Positions 9,077 through 17,885 of a stretch of 32,000 nt of DNA are shown here, one piece after another (position 1 is the stretch's first letter; every line of letters begins with the position of its first letter). This stretch comes from Candidatus Saccharimonadota bacterium (GTDB lineage: Bacteria; Pseudomonadota; Gammaproteobacteria; Enterobacterales; Enterobacteriaceae). The notes under the pieces were generated by a model. That model saw only the letters and a list, made by a program, of their open reading frames with translations, had not been told where the DNA came from and ran no database searches. The position numbers were made by a program, and so were the translations under genes. The stretch is from contig CP145877.1 in assembly GCA_045690015.1 (NCBI GenBank), positions 300,001 through 332,000 on the forward strand, in the 5' to 3' direction.

Positions 9077-10648
9077 CTATACCTTTTTATAAAAACTATA
9101 TTTTGATAAAAAGGTAACAAAACTCGTATTATCAGTGGCTTCAATAGAAGATTGAAGCGTAGATGATCTTAGTACTTCTTGGTCGAATTGTTCTTTAGTT
9201 AAAATCTGAAAATCTTCTTTAATTAACATCTTATGATAGTTGTTAGATAATGTAATTCCAGTTTTTATTAACCCTTTTTTCATCATTAAATTTAGAATAC
9301 GTGAAGAATAAGTGAATTTTGGATAATTAAATAAATTAGTTATATAGTCACATGTGTTTCTATAATCATTAGACTGATTATTATAATCTAATATTTTCGC
9401 TAAAAGTTTTAATTCTTGTAAAATGATTTTACCTACTTTAGCTAATGGTGCAAGAGTATTATTTATATAAATGTTCTGTCCTGGTCTCCGACCATATAAA
9501 ACTACTGTATCCCAATTTTTACGAATATTAATTAGTTCGCTCTTTTTCATTTCTATATTGTCAGTTAACATACACCATAATAATAACAAATCTAGAAATC
9601 TAATTTGTTTTATATCTATTCCAATTGGAGTAAATGGATTAATATCTAACGAACGTACTTCAACATATTCAATCCCTCTGCGTATTAGAGCTTCCGATAT
9701 AGATTCTCCTTCATTAATCACACATTTTGGACGTATTGGAGAATAAAATTCATTTTCTGTTTGCAAGATGTTGGTATTAAGTTGAATAAATTTTCCATCT
9801 TTTTTCAAACCTATACGTTTATATGGATCATAAGGAGTTTTAATAGCCTTTTGTAAGCTGTTTACATAATCTATCAAGGTATTGAAATTAATATCTAAAT
9901 TATTCTGTAAGTCACTAGTATATCCAAGTGGGCTGAGACGCAAAGAGGTTGCAAATGGTAAATAAAGCATTTTATTATCATGAAATTTAAAATCTATTGA
10001 AGTGTTTTTACCCTGCAAAAATGAGGGACAAATTGCTGGAGATGCACCAAATAAATATGGTACTACCCATCCAAAACGGTAATAATTACGTATTAAGCTC
10101 AAATAACTAGCTGAAATGATTTCTTTTCCATTAGCACTGTTTATATCTTCTATTCCATAGCATTTTTGCCAAAATTTTAAAGGTAAAGAAAAATTATAGT
10201 GTACTCCTGAAATAATTTGCATCATGCTGCCATAACGATATTTTAATCCTGTGCGATAAAGCGTTTTTAGCCTCCCAATATTAGAACTTCCATAGTGAGC
10301 TAGTCTTATATCATTTTCACAATTAACAAAACCAGGCATGCTTAATGACCACATTCGTTCATTATCTAATCTATGTACTACATGACGATGTAAATCTCGC
10401 AAAAAACTCATCAGATAATTTATATTATTACTTACAGGAGTAATAAATTCTAAAAGAGCTTCAGAATAATCTGTTGTAATCCACTTATTTGTTAATGCAC
10501 ATCCAAGAGATGATGGATGCACAGTTGTTACGATACTTCCATCAAGTTGAACACGTAGTGTTTCTCTTTCTATTCCACGATTGATCCCCTGAAGAACCTC
10601 AGGATGTGATTCAAGCCATGAAAGTATATGGGTCAGATTAGATATCAA
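9077..10648 (-). CDS. gshA: Glutamate-cysteine ligase
   Basis: 523 aa, collinear with E. coli GshA (GI.RG.ERETLRV, KWITTD..EALLEFITPV, ISGVHYNFSLP, RNYYRFGWV.PYLFGASPAIC.SFLQGK, GIEY.EVRSLDINPF.PIG). The start codon at 10648-10646 is TTG, the same unusual start reported for E. coli gshA. Confidence 0.95.
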   Translation of the reverse strand: MISNLTHILSWLESHPEVLQGINRGIERETLRVQLDGSIVTTVHPSSLGCALTNKWITTDYSEALLEFITPVSNNINYLMSFLRDLHRHVVHRLDNERMWSLSMPGFVNCENDIRLAHYGSSNIGRLKTLYRTGLKYRYGSMMQIISGVHYNFSLPLKFWQKCYGIEDINSANGKEIISASYLSLIRNYYRFGWVVPYLFGASPAICPSFLQGKNTSIDFKFHDNKMLYLPFATSLRLSPLGYTSDLQNNLDINFNTLIDYVNSLQKAIKTPYDPYKRIGLKKDGKFIQLNTNILQTENEFYSPIRPKCVINEGESISEALIRRGIEYVEVRSLDINPFTPIGIDIKQIRFLDLLLLWCMLTDNIEMKKSELINIRKNWDTVVLYGRRPGQNIYINNTLAPLAKVGKIILQELKLLAKILDYNNQSNDYRNTCDYITNLFNYPKFTYSSRILNLMMKKGLIKTGITLSNNYHKMLIKEDFQILTKEQFDQEVLRSSTLQSSIEATDNTSFVTFLSKYSFYKKV

Positions 10649-10699
10649 TGAGATTAAACTCTTAGTGTGGATTATAAATTAAAAACAATCAAATCATCA

Positions 10700-10776
10700 T
10701 GGCGCACCCGGAAGGATTCGAACCTACGACCTCTCAGTTCGTAGCCGAGTGCTCTATCCAGCTGAGCTACGGGTGC
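10700..10776 (-). tRNA. argV: tRNA-Arg (anticodon ACG), CCA encoded
   Basis: The reverse complement is GCACCCGTAGCTCAGCTGGATAGAGCACTCGGCTACGAACTGAGAGGTCGTAGGTTCGAATCCTTCCGGGTGCGCCA. The anticodon loop is CT-ACG-AA. Very close to E. coli argQ/V/Y/Z as recalled. The T stem has a T50:T64 mismatch. Confidence 0.9.
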
Positions 10777-10810
10777 GTGCATATCACATAGTATTTATAT
10801 TATATGGCAA

Positions 10811-10901
10811 TGGCAGTGAGGGTGGGATTCGAACCCACGATGCAGTTTTACCACATGCTCCCTTAGCAGGGGAGCGCCTTCAGCCACTCGGCCACCTCAC
10901 T
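10811..10901 (-). tRNA. serV: tRNA-Ser (anticodon GCU), long variable arm, CCA encoded
   Basis: The reverse complement is AGTGAGGTGGCCGAGTGGCTGAAGGCGCTCCCCTGCTAAGGGAGCATGTGGTAAAACTGCATCGTGGGTTCGAATCCCACCCTCACTGCCA. The anticodon loop is CT-GCT-AA. It is a class II tRNA with a long variable arm. Its position between csrA and tRNA-Arg(ACG) matches E. coli serV-argV. Confidence 0.9.
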
Positions 10902-10926
10902 ATTTTAGTTAGTTGAGCATCCATCC

Positions 10927-10955
10927 ATTCTTACTTTTATTGATTGATATGTCAA
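10927..10955 (-). promoter_or_regulatory. Candidate sigma70 promoter for the tRNA-Ser/tRNA-Arg operon
   Basis: The minus strand reads TTGACA (10955-10950), a 16-nt spacer, then TAAGAAT (10933-10927). It ends about 25 nt upstream of the tRNA-Ser 5' end. The -35 hexamer is a perfect match to consensus. Prediction only. Confidence 0.35.
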
Positions 10956-11009
10956 ACAGTTTTCAAATGATTTGAAGAAGGTTCTCTATCAAATCGCGAG
11001 CTGTGTGGT

Positions 11010-11180
11010 CTATAATTTATCTTCTTGAATACGTTTATAGATTTCTTCACGATGAACTGAAATATTTTTAGGAGCTTTTATACCAATACGTACCTGATTA
11101 CCTTTAACTCCTAATACTGTCACAGTAATTTTATTACCTATCATAAGGCTTTCACCAACTCTACGAGTTAGAATAAGCAT
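11010..11180 (-). CDS. csrA: Carbon storage regulator CsrA (56 aa)
   Basis: Absent from the ORF track because it is under 60 aa. The minus strand from ATG (11180-11178) reads [56 protein letters not shown], then TAG (11012-11010). The first ~50 residues are near-identical to E. coli CsrA. A strong SD (AAGGAGAGGA) lies upstream. Position between alaS and serV is as in E. coli. Confidence 0.95.
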   Translation of the reverse strand: MLILTRRVGESLMIGNKITVTVLGVKGNQVRIGIKAPKNISVHREEIYKRIQEDKL

Positions 11181-11397
11181 TTTGTATTCCTCTCCTTGAA
11201 CTATTTATTAATACACATAGACGTCGTATCTACGTTATCCATAAATAAATATCTAGATTATTATTTGATAATAAATACCCCAAATATGCCAGAGATTTTA
11301 TTCTCTAAATTAATTAGTCTCCTCTCTTTCTTATATTTATTCAATACTTTCATCTTTACTTAATTTCCTTCGTAACAATTCAATACTATACCAGTTA

Positions 11398-14088
11398 CTA
11401 AATAACTGATAATTTATTAATTATAAAATTTTTCATTTCACTTAATACGGTTGGTAAAACTGTTATAGATGTTCCATATGCTTGAGCAATCTGTTGACAA
11501 CCTCCACCCTTCCCATTAATTTTCGGAATAATTCTCTTAATTAAATCATTTGCTGTAAATTTATTTGTTAGATCTGGAGTCACAGCAGCGATTAATAATA
11601 CTTGATTTTTATTAGTCACTGTACCTAAAATAATAAGTCCTGATTTTATTTCCTTTTTTAAATTTGTAACGATAGATTTTAGGGTTTTTACTTCAGTATT
11701 ATTTAAGTGATTGATAATTATATTTGTTTGGTTAATCAGAATAGCTTCTTTGAGAAGAAATATACAATCACGAACGATTTTTTCAGTAGTTAGCTGTGCT
11801 AGATTATTTTTCATAATACTAATTTCTTGCTTAAGCGAATGTATTTTTTCAATGATCTTATCTTCAGGACTTTTAAGGAGAAAACTAATATTTTGCAAAA
11901 CTTCCTTCTGTTTTTGTATTTTTTCTAAGGCCATTTCTGCTGTACTAGCTTCTATACGTCGAATACCTGCTGCTATATTAGATTCTGCATTAATGCGAAA
12001 TAAACCTATTTGTCCAGTATGCTGTACGTGCGTTCCATCACATAATTCGGTTGAAAAATTCCCTATCTTTAATACTCTAACATATTTACCATATTTATTA
12101 TCAAATAATGCGATTGCACCTTTTTCTTTTGCGATTTCATATTCCATAATATTAGATGTAACAGGTAGGTTATGAATAATTTCTGTATTTACCATACACT
12201 CAATAGCACGAATTTCTTCGGGTTTTATTTTAGCAAAATGAAAAAAATCGAAACGTAAATATTTTTCATTTATTAATGATCCTTTTTGTATTACGTGAGT
12301 ACCCAATACTTTACGTAATGCCGCATGTAATAAATGTGTAGCAGAATGATTTCTACATATTTTATGGCGACGATTGCTATCTATACAGGCAATTACTTCA
12401 TCTCCTCTACGAAAACAACCATGAATAATTTTACCTATATGATAAACGGCCTGACCAATTCTTTGGGTATCGGTAACTATAAACTCGGCATTTTTATTAT
12501 AAATGTTACCAGTATCTCCTACTTGACCACATGATTCACTGTAGAAAGGAGTACGATCTAAGATAATTATGCCGCTGCCGCCATCTTGTTGATCAGATAT
12601 TACTTCTTGTAATTCATGTGAGACTATTATAGCAATGATAGTAGCTTGTAGCTTATTACAATCAGGTCCCTGAAATTTAGTACTAACATTATTAAGGTTG
12701 ATCATTTTACTATGGTTAATAAAATTATTGGATTTACGACTACGTTGCCGCTGTAATTCCATTGCTAATTTAAAGCCATCATTATCTACTTTAACTTGGT
12801 ACTCATTACATATTTCAGTTGTTAATTCTAAAGGAAATCCATAGGTATCATATAAAAGAAATGCAGTGTCACCATCTAGTGTATCTCCTTGGAGTTTTGA
12901 TAATGCTTCCTTTAATAATAAATCTCCTCGTTCTAAAGTTTGGGCAAATTTTTCTTCTTCAATTTTTAAGATATTTTCTATAAGTGATTGCTGACATTTA
13001 ATAGAATCTGCTACGGTTTCCATGGTTTGAATAAGAGGTGTTACTAACTTATAGAAAAATGTTTCTTTTGTTCCCAATATATATCCATGACGTACAGCAC
13101 GTCGTATAAGATGACGCAATACATATCCTCTACCTTCATTAGAAGGTAGAAGACCATCGGCCAGAAGAAAAGCACAAGAACGTATATGATCCGCAATAAC
13201 TCGCAATGAGTGAAGATGATTTTTTTCTAATCTGGATATTGATGTTATGAGAGCAACATGTTTAATTAATTTGCGAAATATATCAATATCATAGTTAGTT
13301 TCTACTTTTTGTAACACTGCTGCAATGCGTTCTAATCCCATTCCCGTATCTATTGATGGTGAAGTTAATGGAATCATAGAACCATCTGCTTGTCGATTAT
13401 ATTCCATAAAAACAATATTCCAAATTTCAATATAGCGGTTGTTACTGTTACTAAAGGCTTCAATACTTCCAGGAGGATCTCCAGCAAAATTATTTCCCCG
13501 ATCGTAAAAAATTTCAGTACTCGGTCCACAAGGTCCAGTATCTGCCATTTTCCAAAAATTATGCTCCGACTCCGATAATTTTCGATTTATTCCTTTTAGT
13601 GCTTTTTTATCCCCCATACTAATTAGATGTTTACGAGGAATTCCTATTTCATTTGCCCAAATATCATAGGATTCATGATCTGTGTTATGTACTGTAATCC
13701 ATAATTTTTCTTTCGGTATGTTAAACCAATATGAACTGGTTAATAATTCCCAAGCCAAATTAATAGCTTTTTTCTTAAAATAATCTCCAAAACTGAAATT
13801 ACCCAACATTTCAAAAAAAGTATGATGACTAGGAGTATAACCTACATTTTCTAAATCATTATGTTTTCCGCCTGCACGTACACAACGTTGACAAGTGGTA
13901 ATATTAGAGAAAAAAAATTTTTCTTTTCCTAAAAAAACATTTTTAAACTGATTCATACCCGCATTGGTAAACAGTAATGAAGTATCATTATTAGGTATCA
14001 AAGAACTACTACTTACTACTTTATGACCTTTGCCTTTGAAAAAATCTAAAAAGGTTTGACGAATTATCGCCGTATTTTTATACTTCAT
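11398..14088 (-). CDS. alaS: Alanine-tRNA ligase
   Basis: 896 aa, collinear with E. coli AlaRS (IRQ.FLDFF..KGH.VV.SSSL.P.ND..LLFTNAGMNQFK, QRCVRAGGKHNDLENVGYT..HHTFFEMLGNFSFGDYFK, the HSATHLLHAALR and ELC.GTH editing-domain motifs, and C-terminal GKGGG). Confidence 0.97.
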   Translation of the reverse strand: MKYKNTAIIRQTFLDFFKGKGHKVVSSSSLIPNNDTSLLFTNAGMNQFKNVFLGKEKFFFSNITTCQRCVRAGGKHNDLENVGYTPSHHTFFEMLGNFSFGDYFKKKAINLAWELLTSSYWFNIPKEKLWITVHNTDHESYDIWANEIGIPRKHLISMGDKKALKGINRKLSESEHNFWKMADTGPCGPSTEIFYDRGNNFAGDPPGSIEAFSNSNNRYIEIWNIVFMEYNRQADGSMIPLTSPSIDTGMGLERIAAVLQKVETNYDIDIFRKLIKHVALITSISRLEKNHLHSLRVIADHIRSCAFLLADGLLPSNEGRGYVLRHLIRRAVRHGYILGTKETFFYKLVTPLIQTMETVADSIKCQQSLIENILKIEEEKFAQTLERGDLLLKEALSKLQGDTLDGDTAFLLYDTYGFPLELTTEICNEYQVKVDNDGFKLAMELQRQRSRKSNNFINHSKMINLNNVSTKFQGPDCNKLQATIIAIIVSHELQEVISDQQDGGSGIIILDRTPFYSESCGQVGDTGNIYNKNAEFIVTDTQRIGQAVYHIGKIIHGCFRRGDEVIACIDSNRRHKICRNHSATHLLHAALRKVLGTHVIQKGSLINEKYLRFDFFHFAKIKPEEIRAIECMVNTEIIHNLPVTSNIMEYEIAKEKGAIALFDNKYGKYVRVLKIGNFSTELCDGTHVQHTGQIGLFRINAESNIAAGIRRIEASTAEMALEKIQKQKEVLQNISFLLKSPEDKIIEKIHSLKQEISIMKNNLAQLTTEKIVRDCIFLLKEAILINQTNIIINHLNNTEVKTLKSIVTNLKKEIKSGLIILGTVTNKNQVLLIAAVTPDLTNKFTANDLIKRIIPKINGKGGGCQQIAQAYGTSITVLPTVLSEMKNFIINKLSVI

Positions 14089-14148
14089 AATTATTAAGTA
14101 TCCAAAAGAAAGCTAGTGAAATATTTTATATTTTTTTTCTCTTCTCTT

Positions 14149-15156
14149 CTACTCTACTTTTCCCGGTGTTAATAATATTTCTCGTAGCTTTTGTTCTAGT
14201 TCGTTAGTTATGCTAAGATTTTTTTTTAAATAACTGCTGGCATTAGCTTTACCTTGTCCTATTGTAACACCATTGTAGCTATACCAAATTCCTGATTTTT
14301 CGATTAAATTATTTTTAACACCTAAATCGAGAATTTCACCGTAAATATTGATGCCTTCACCGTATATAATTTGAAAATCAGCTTGTTTGAAGGGGACCGC
14401 GACTTTATTTTTAACGATTTTAACACGTGTTTCACTACCTATTACATCCTCACCATTTTTGATCGAACCAATACGACGAATATCAAGACGTATTGAGGCA
14501 TAAAATTTCAAGGCATTACCACCAGTTGTAGTTTCAGGATTACCAAACATTAGTCCAATTTTCATGCGAATTTGATTAATAAAAATCAAAAGCGTATTAG
14601 ATTGTTTTAAAGTTCCAGCTAGTTTGCGCATAGCTTGACTCATCATACGGGCTGCAAGTCCTATATGTAATTCTCCAATATCACCTTCAATTTCAGCTTT
14701 TGGAGTAAGTGCGGCGACCGAATCTACAATAATTACATCTACAGCCCCAGAACGAGCCAAAACATCACAAATATCTAAAGCCTGTTCTCCTGTATCAGGT
14801 TGTGAGCATAATAAATTATCGATATCTACACCTAATACTTTTGCATATCCGGGATCTAAAGCATGTTCGGCATCTATGAAAGCACAGGTCTTATTTTGTC
14901 GCTGTGCAGCAGCAATGACTTGAAGTGTTAAAGTCGTTTTTCCAGAAGACTCAGGACCATAAATTTCCACAATTCTACCTAACGGTAACCCCCCTACACC
15001 TAAGGCAAGATCCAAAGTAAGTGAACCCGTAGATATCGTTTCTACATCCATAGCTCTATTTTCTCCTAAACGCATAATAGAGCCTTTACCGAATTGCTTC
15101 TCAATTTGTCCTAGTGCTGCTAAAAGAGCCTTTTGTTTATTTTCTTGATTTACCAC
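14149..15156 (-). CDS. recA: Recombinase RecA (335 aa; GTG start; no acidic C-terminal tail)
   Basis: Near-identical to E. coli RecA over most of its length ([27 protein letters not shown], the Walker A motif [49 protein letters not shown]). The codon at 15156-15154 is GTG, and there is no in-frame ATG before the conserved N-terminus. Confidence 0.96.
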   Translation of the reverse strand: MVNQENKQKALLAALGQIEKQFGKGSIMRLGENRAMDVETISTGSLTLDLALGVGGLPLGRIVEIYGPESSGKTTLTLQVIAAAQRQNKTCAFIDAEHALDPGYAKVLGVDIDNLLCSQPDTGEQALDICDVLARSGAVDVIIVDSVAALTPKAEIEGDIGELHIGLAARMMSQAMRKLAGTLKQSNTLLIFINQIRMKIGLMFGNPETTTGGNALKFYASIRLDIRRIGSIKNGEDVIGSETRVKIVKNKVAVPFKQADFQIIYGEGINIYGEILDLGVKNNLIEKSGIWYSYNGVTIGQGKANASSYLKKNLSITNELEQKLREILLTPGKVE

Positions 15157-15200
15157 GTAAAACTTATCCCTAAATGATCAAATCTTCTAGTATGATTATT

Positions 15201-15209
15201 TGATATAAC
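15201..15209 (+). promoter_or_regulatory. Candidate extended -10 element (TGATATAAC) oriented toward mutS
   Basis: A TGnTATAAC match lies 67 nt upstream of the preferred mutS ATG (15276). Sequence match only, in AT-rich DNA. Confidence 0.25.
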
Positions 15210-15252
15210 TTTATAAATTCAGATTTAATTATACCCAATTATCTTAAAAGAC

Positions 15253-15261
15253 ATTATATCA
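15253..15261 (-). promoter_or_regulatory. Candidate extended -10 element (TGATATAAT) oriented toward recA
   Basis: The minus strand reads TGATATAATG, the same 10-mer found at 636-645 (+) and 628-619 (-). A second perfect TATAAT on the same strand lies at 15233-15228. Prediction only. Confidence 0.3.
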
Positions 15262-15275
15262 CAGGAATGTTAATC

Positions 15276-17852
15276 ATGGATATTTCTAATCATACCCCAA
15301 TGATGCAACAATATTTGCGAATTAAGGCAGAACATAAAGACAGTTTACTCTTTTATCGGATGGGAGATTTTTATGAACTATTTTTTGATGATGCAAAGCG
15401 TGCCTCAGAATTATTAAATATATCCCTAACTAAACGCGGAATATCGAATAATCAACCTATTCCTATGGCAGGTATTCCCTATCATGCAGTAGAAAATTAT
15501 CTAGCTAAATTAGTACATCTTGGAGAATCAGTAGCAATTTGTGAACAAATGAATACTAGCGCATCAACTAATACCCGTCAAGGACCAGTAGAACGTAAAG
15601 TAGTACGTATTGTTACTCCTGGAACCATAAGTGATGAAGCACTCTTACAGGAATCTACAGATAATCTCTTAGCTGCAATTTGGCACGATGCACAAGGGTT
15701 TGGTTATGCTACTATTGATATTAGTTGCGGTTATTTCAGATTAGTAGAACCACATGATAAAGAAAGTATGGTCTCAGAGATTTATAAAACCAATCCTGCA
15801 GAAATTCTATATCCCGAAGAATTTGACGCTTATGAAATTATCGAAAATCGTAGAGCGATACGTCGACGTCCGCTATGGGAATTTGAATTAGAGACAGCAC
15901 GTGAACATTTAAATATTCAGTTTGGTACTCATGAACTGAATGGATTTGGTGTGAATCACGCTGATCGAGCTTTACGCTGCGCTGGATGTTTACTGCAATA
16001 TGTAAAAAATACTCAGCAAACTACTCTTCCTCATATTACATCGATAAAATTTGATAATCAACAAGATACTATTCTTATGGATGCAGCAACTCTACGTAAC
16101 TTAGAAATTACAAAAAATCTTTCGGGTGGTCATGAAAATACCCTATCATCCATACTAGATAATACAGCAACTCCTATGGGAAGTAGAATGTTGAAACGTT
16201 GGTTACATAGACCTACACGTGATATACACATCATTAATAGTCGTCAAGCAAGTATAGAATTACTACAAACAATTACCTCTGATATTAAAACCATATTACG
16301 TCAAATAGGAGATTTTGAACGTATTATAGCACGTTTAGCGTTACGATCTGCTAAGCCTCGTGATTTTGCACGTATACGTAATATTTTTAAACACTTACCT
16401 AAAATACATCATTTACTGGTCACACTTCAATCAGATTTCATTCAAGAAATAAGAATAAAAATAGGAAATTTTCCGGAATTACTTGAATTATTAGAATTAG
16501 CTATTGTTCAAAATCCACCAGGGTTAATAAGAGAGGGGGGAGTAATTGCTAAGGGATATAATATTGAGTTAGATGAATTGCGTGCACTTTCTAATGGTGC
16601 TAGTAATTATTTAGCACAATTAGAAATTCGAGAACGTGAAAAATCTGGATTGGAGACACTAAAAATAGGTTTTAATGCTATTCATGGTTATTATATTCAA
16701 GTAAGTCGTAGTCAAAGCCATCGTGTTCCTATTAACTATATACGACGTCAAACTCTAAAAAATAATGAACGTTACATTATTGAAGAATTAAAAAAATATG
16801 AAGATAAAGTATTAAATTCTAAAACTAAAGCAGTAGCGCTTGAAAAGAAACTATATGATGAGTTATTTGAACTTACATTACCATATATTGCTAGTTTGCA
16901 ATTAAGTGCAACAGCTCTTGCGGAACTTGATGTTTTAATTAATCTTGCAGAACGTGCATGCATATTAAATTACTCCAAACCTATATTAAGTACCACTGAA
17001 TGGGGTATATTTTTAAAAAACGCTCGTCATCCAGTAGTAGAGAAAGTTATAAAGGAACCATTTATTGCTAATCCCTTATCATTAACATCACAACGTCGTA
17101 TGCTTCTCATTACTGGTCCTAATATGGGTGGAAAAAGTACTTACATGCGTCAAACGGCACTCATTATAATAATGACATATATTGGTAGCTATGTTCCTGC
17201 CGAATACGCAAAGATTGGTCCTATTGATAGAATTTTTACACGTATAGGATCATCAGATGATTTAGCATCTAGTCGTTCTACATTTATGGTTGAAATGACT
17301 GAAATAGCGAATATATTGCATAATGCTACAAAAAATAGTCTAATACTTATAGATGAAATTGGAAGAGGTACATCAACTTATGATGGTATCTCATTAGCAT
17401 GGGCAAGTGCTGAAATGTTGGCAAGTAGTATAAGATCTATGACAATGTTTGCTACACATTATTTTGAACTAACTGCTTTACCCGAAAAAATAGAAGGAGT
17501 AGCGAATGTATATTTTGATGCAATTGAATATGATACACGAATCGCTTTTCTACATACCGTACATGAAGGAGCTGCAAAAAAAAGTTATGGTTTAGCTGTT
17601 GCAGCATTGGCTGGAGTACCTAAATCAGTTATCAATAAAGCACAAGAAAAACTTCAAGATCTAGAAAAGTCATCTAATTATAATGCTATTTCACGAACAA
17701 CATCATCTGGTATTCTTCATCTTGATGGTAATAAAGCACAACTTACCTTAAATAAAGTAAGAATTATATTGCAAAAATTAAATCCTGACAATATTACTCC
17801 ACGTGAAGCACTACAATTAATTTATAAATTAAAAGATTTAGCGGTGGAATAA
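15276..17852 (+). CDS. mutS: DNA mismatch repair protein MutS
   Basis: Collinear with E. coli MutS ([13 protein letters not shown]...[29 protein letters not shown], the Walker A motif [16 protein letters not shown], and [16 protein letters not shown]). The ORF opens at ATG 15267, but ATG 15276 has an AGGA 9 nt upstream and fits the E. coli N-terminus better. The start is uncertain by 3 codons. Confidence 0.95.
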   Translation: MDISNHTPMMQQYLRIKAEHKDSLLFYRMGDFYELFFDDAKRASELLNISLTKRGISNNQPIPMAGIPYHAVENYLAKLVHLGESVAICEQMNTSASTNTRQGPVERKVVRIVTPGTISDEALLQESTDNLLAAIWHDAQGFGYATIDISCGYFRLVEPHDKESMVSEIYKTNPAEILYPEEFDAYEIIENRRAIRRRPLWEFELETAREHLNIQFGTHELNGFGVNHADRALRCAGCLLQYVKNTQQTTLPHITSIKFDNQQDTILMDAATLRNLEITKNLSGGHENTLSSILDNTATPMGSRMLKRWLHRPTRDIHIINSRQASIELLQTITSDIKTILRQIGDFERIIARLALRSAKPRDFARIRNIFKHLPKIHHLLVTLQSDFIQEIRIKIGNFPELLELLELAIVQNPPGLIREGGVIAKGYNIELDELRALSNGASNYLAQLEIREREKSGLETLKIGFNAIHGYYIQVSRSQSHRVPINYIRRQTLKNNERYIIEELKKYEDKVLNSKTKAVALEKKLYDELFELTLPYIASLQLSATALAELDVLINLAERACILNYSKPILSTTEWGIFLKNARHPVVEKVIKEPFIANPLSLTSQRRMLLITGPNMGGKSTYMRQTALIIIMTYIGSYVPAEYAKIGPIDRIFTRIGSSDDLASSRSTFMVEMTEIANILHNATKNSLILIDEIGRGTSTYDGISLAWASAEMLASSIRSMTMFATHYFELTALPEKIEGVANVYFDAIEYDTRIAFLHTVHEGAAKKSYGLAVAALAGVPKSVINKAQEKLQDLEKSSNYNAISRTTSSGILHLDGNKAQLTLNKVRIILQKLNPDNITPREALQLIYKLKDLAVE

Positions 17853-17876
17853 TCTCCACCGCATGTATTTTTTTTT
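17841..17876. terminator. Rho-independent (probably bidirectional) terminator between convergent mutS and rpoS
   Basis: A perfect 8-bp GC-rich stem, GCGGTGGA (17841-17848) / TCCACCGC (17855-17862), has a 6-nt loop that contains the mutS stop codon. A T9 run follows (17868-17876). On the other strand the stem is followed by TAAATCTTTT. It is one of the very few GC-rich hairpins in the window. Confidence 0.8.
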
Positions 17877-17885
17877 ATTAGATCT

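Noticed and set aside
11711-12175. A 154-aa ORF on the + strand inside alaS. The same situation applies to 12334-12534 and 13390-13578.
   Set aside because: All three are antisense to a strongly conserved, full-length alaS. The translations are low-complexity and hydrophobic (I/L/F/S/C-rich), with no recognisable motif and no SD. This is a typical shadow ORF in the stop-poor frame opposite a real gene.
15244-15262. A possible LexA/SOS box upstream of recA (CCTGTGATATAATGTCTT).
   Set aside because: Only the CTGT half-site is present; the ACAG half is GTCT. The match is better explained as a -10 promoter element. I mention it in a finding as probable erosion and do not annotate it as an operator.
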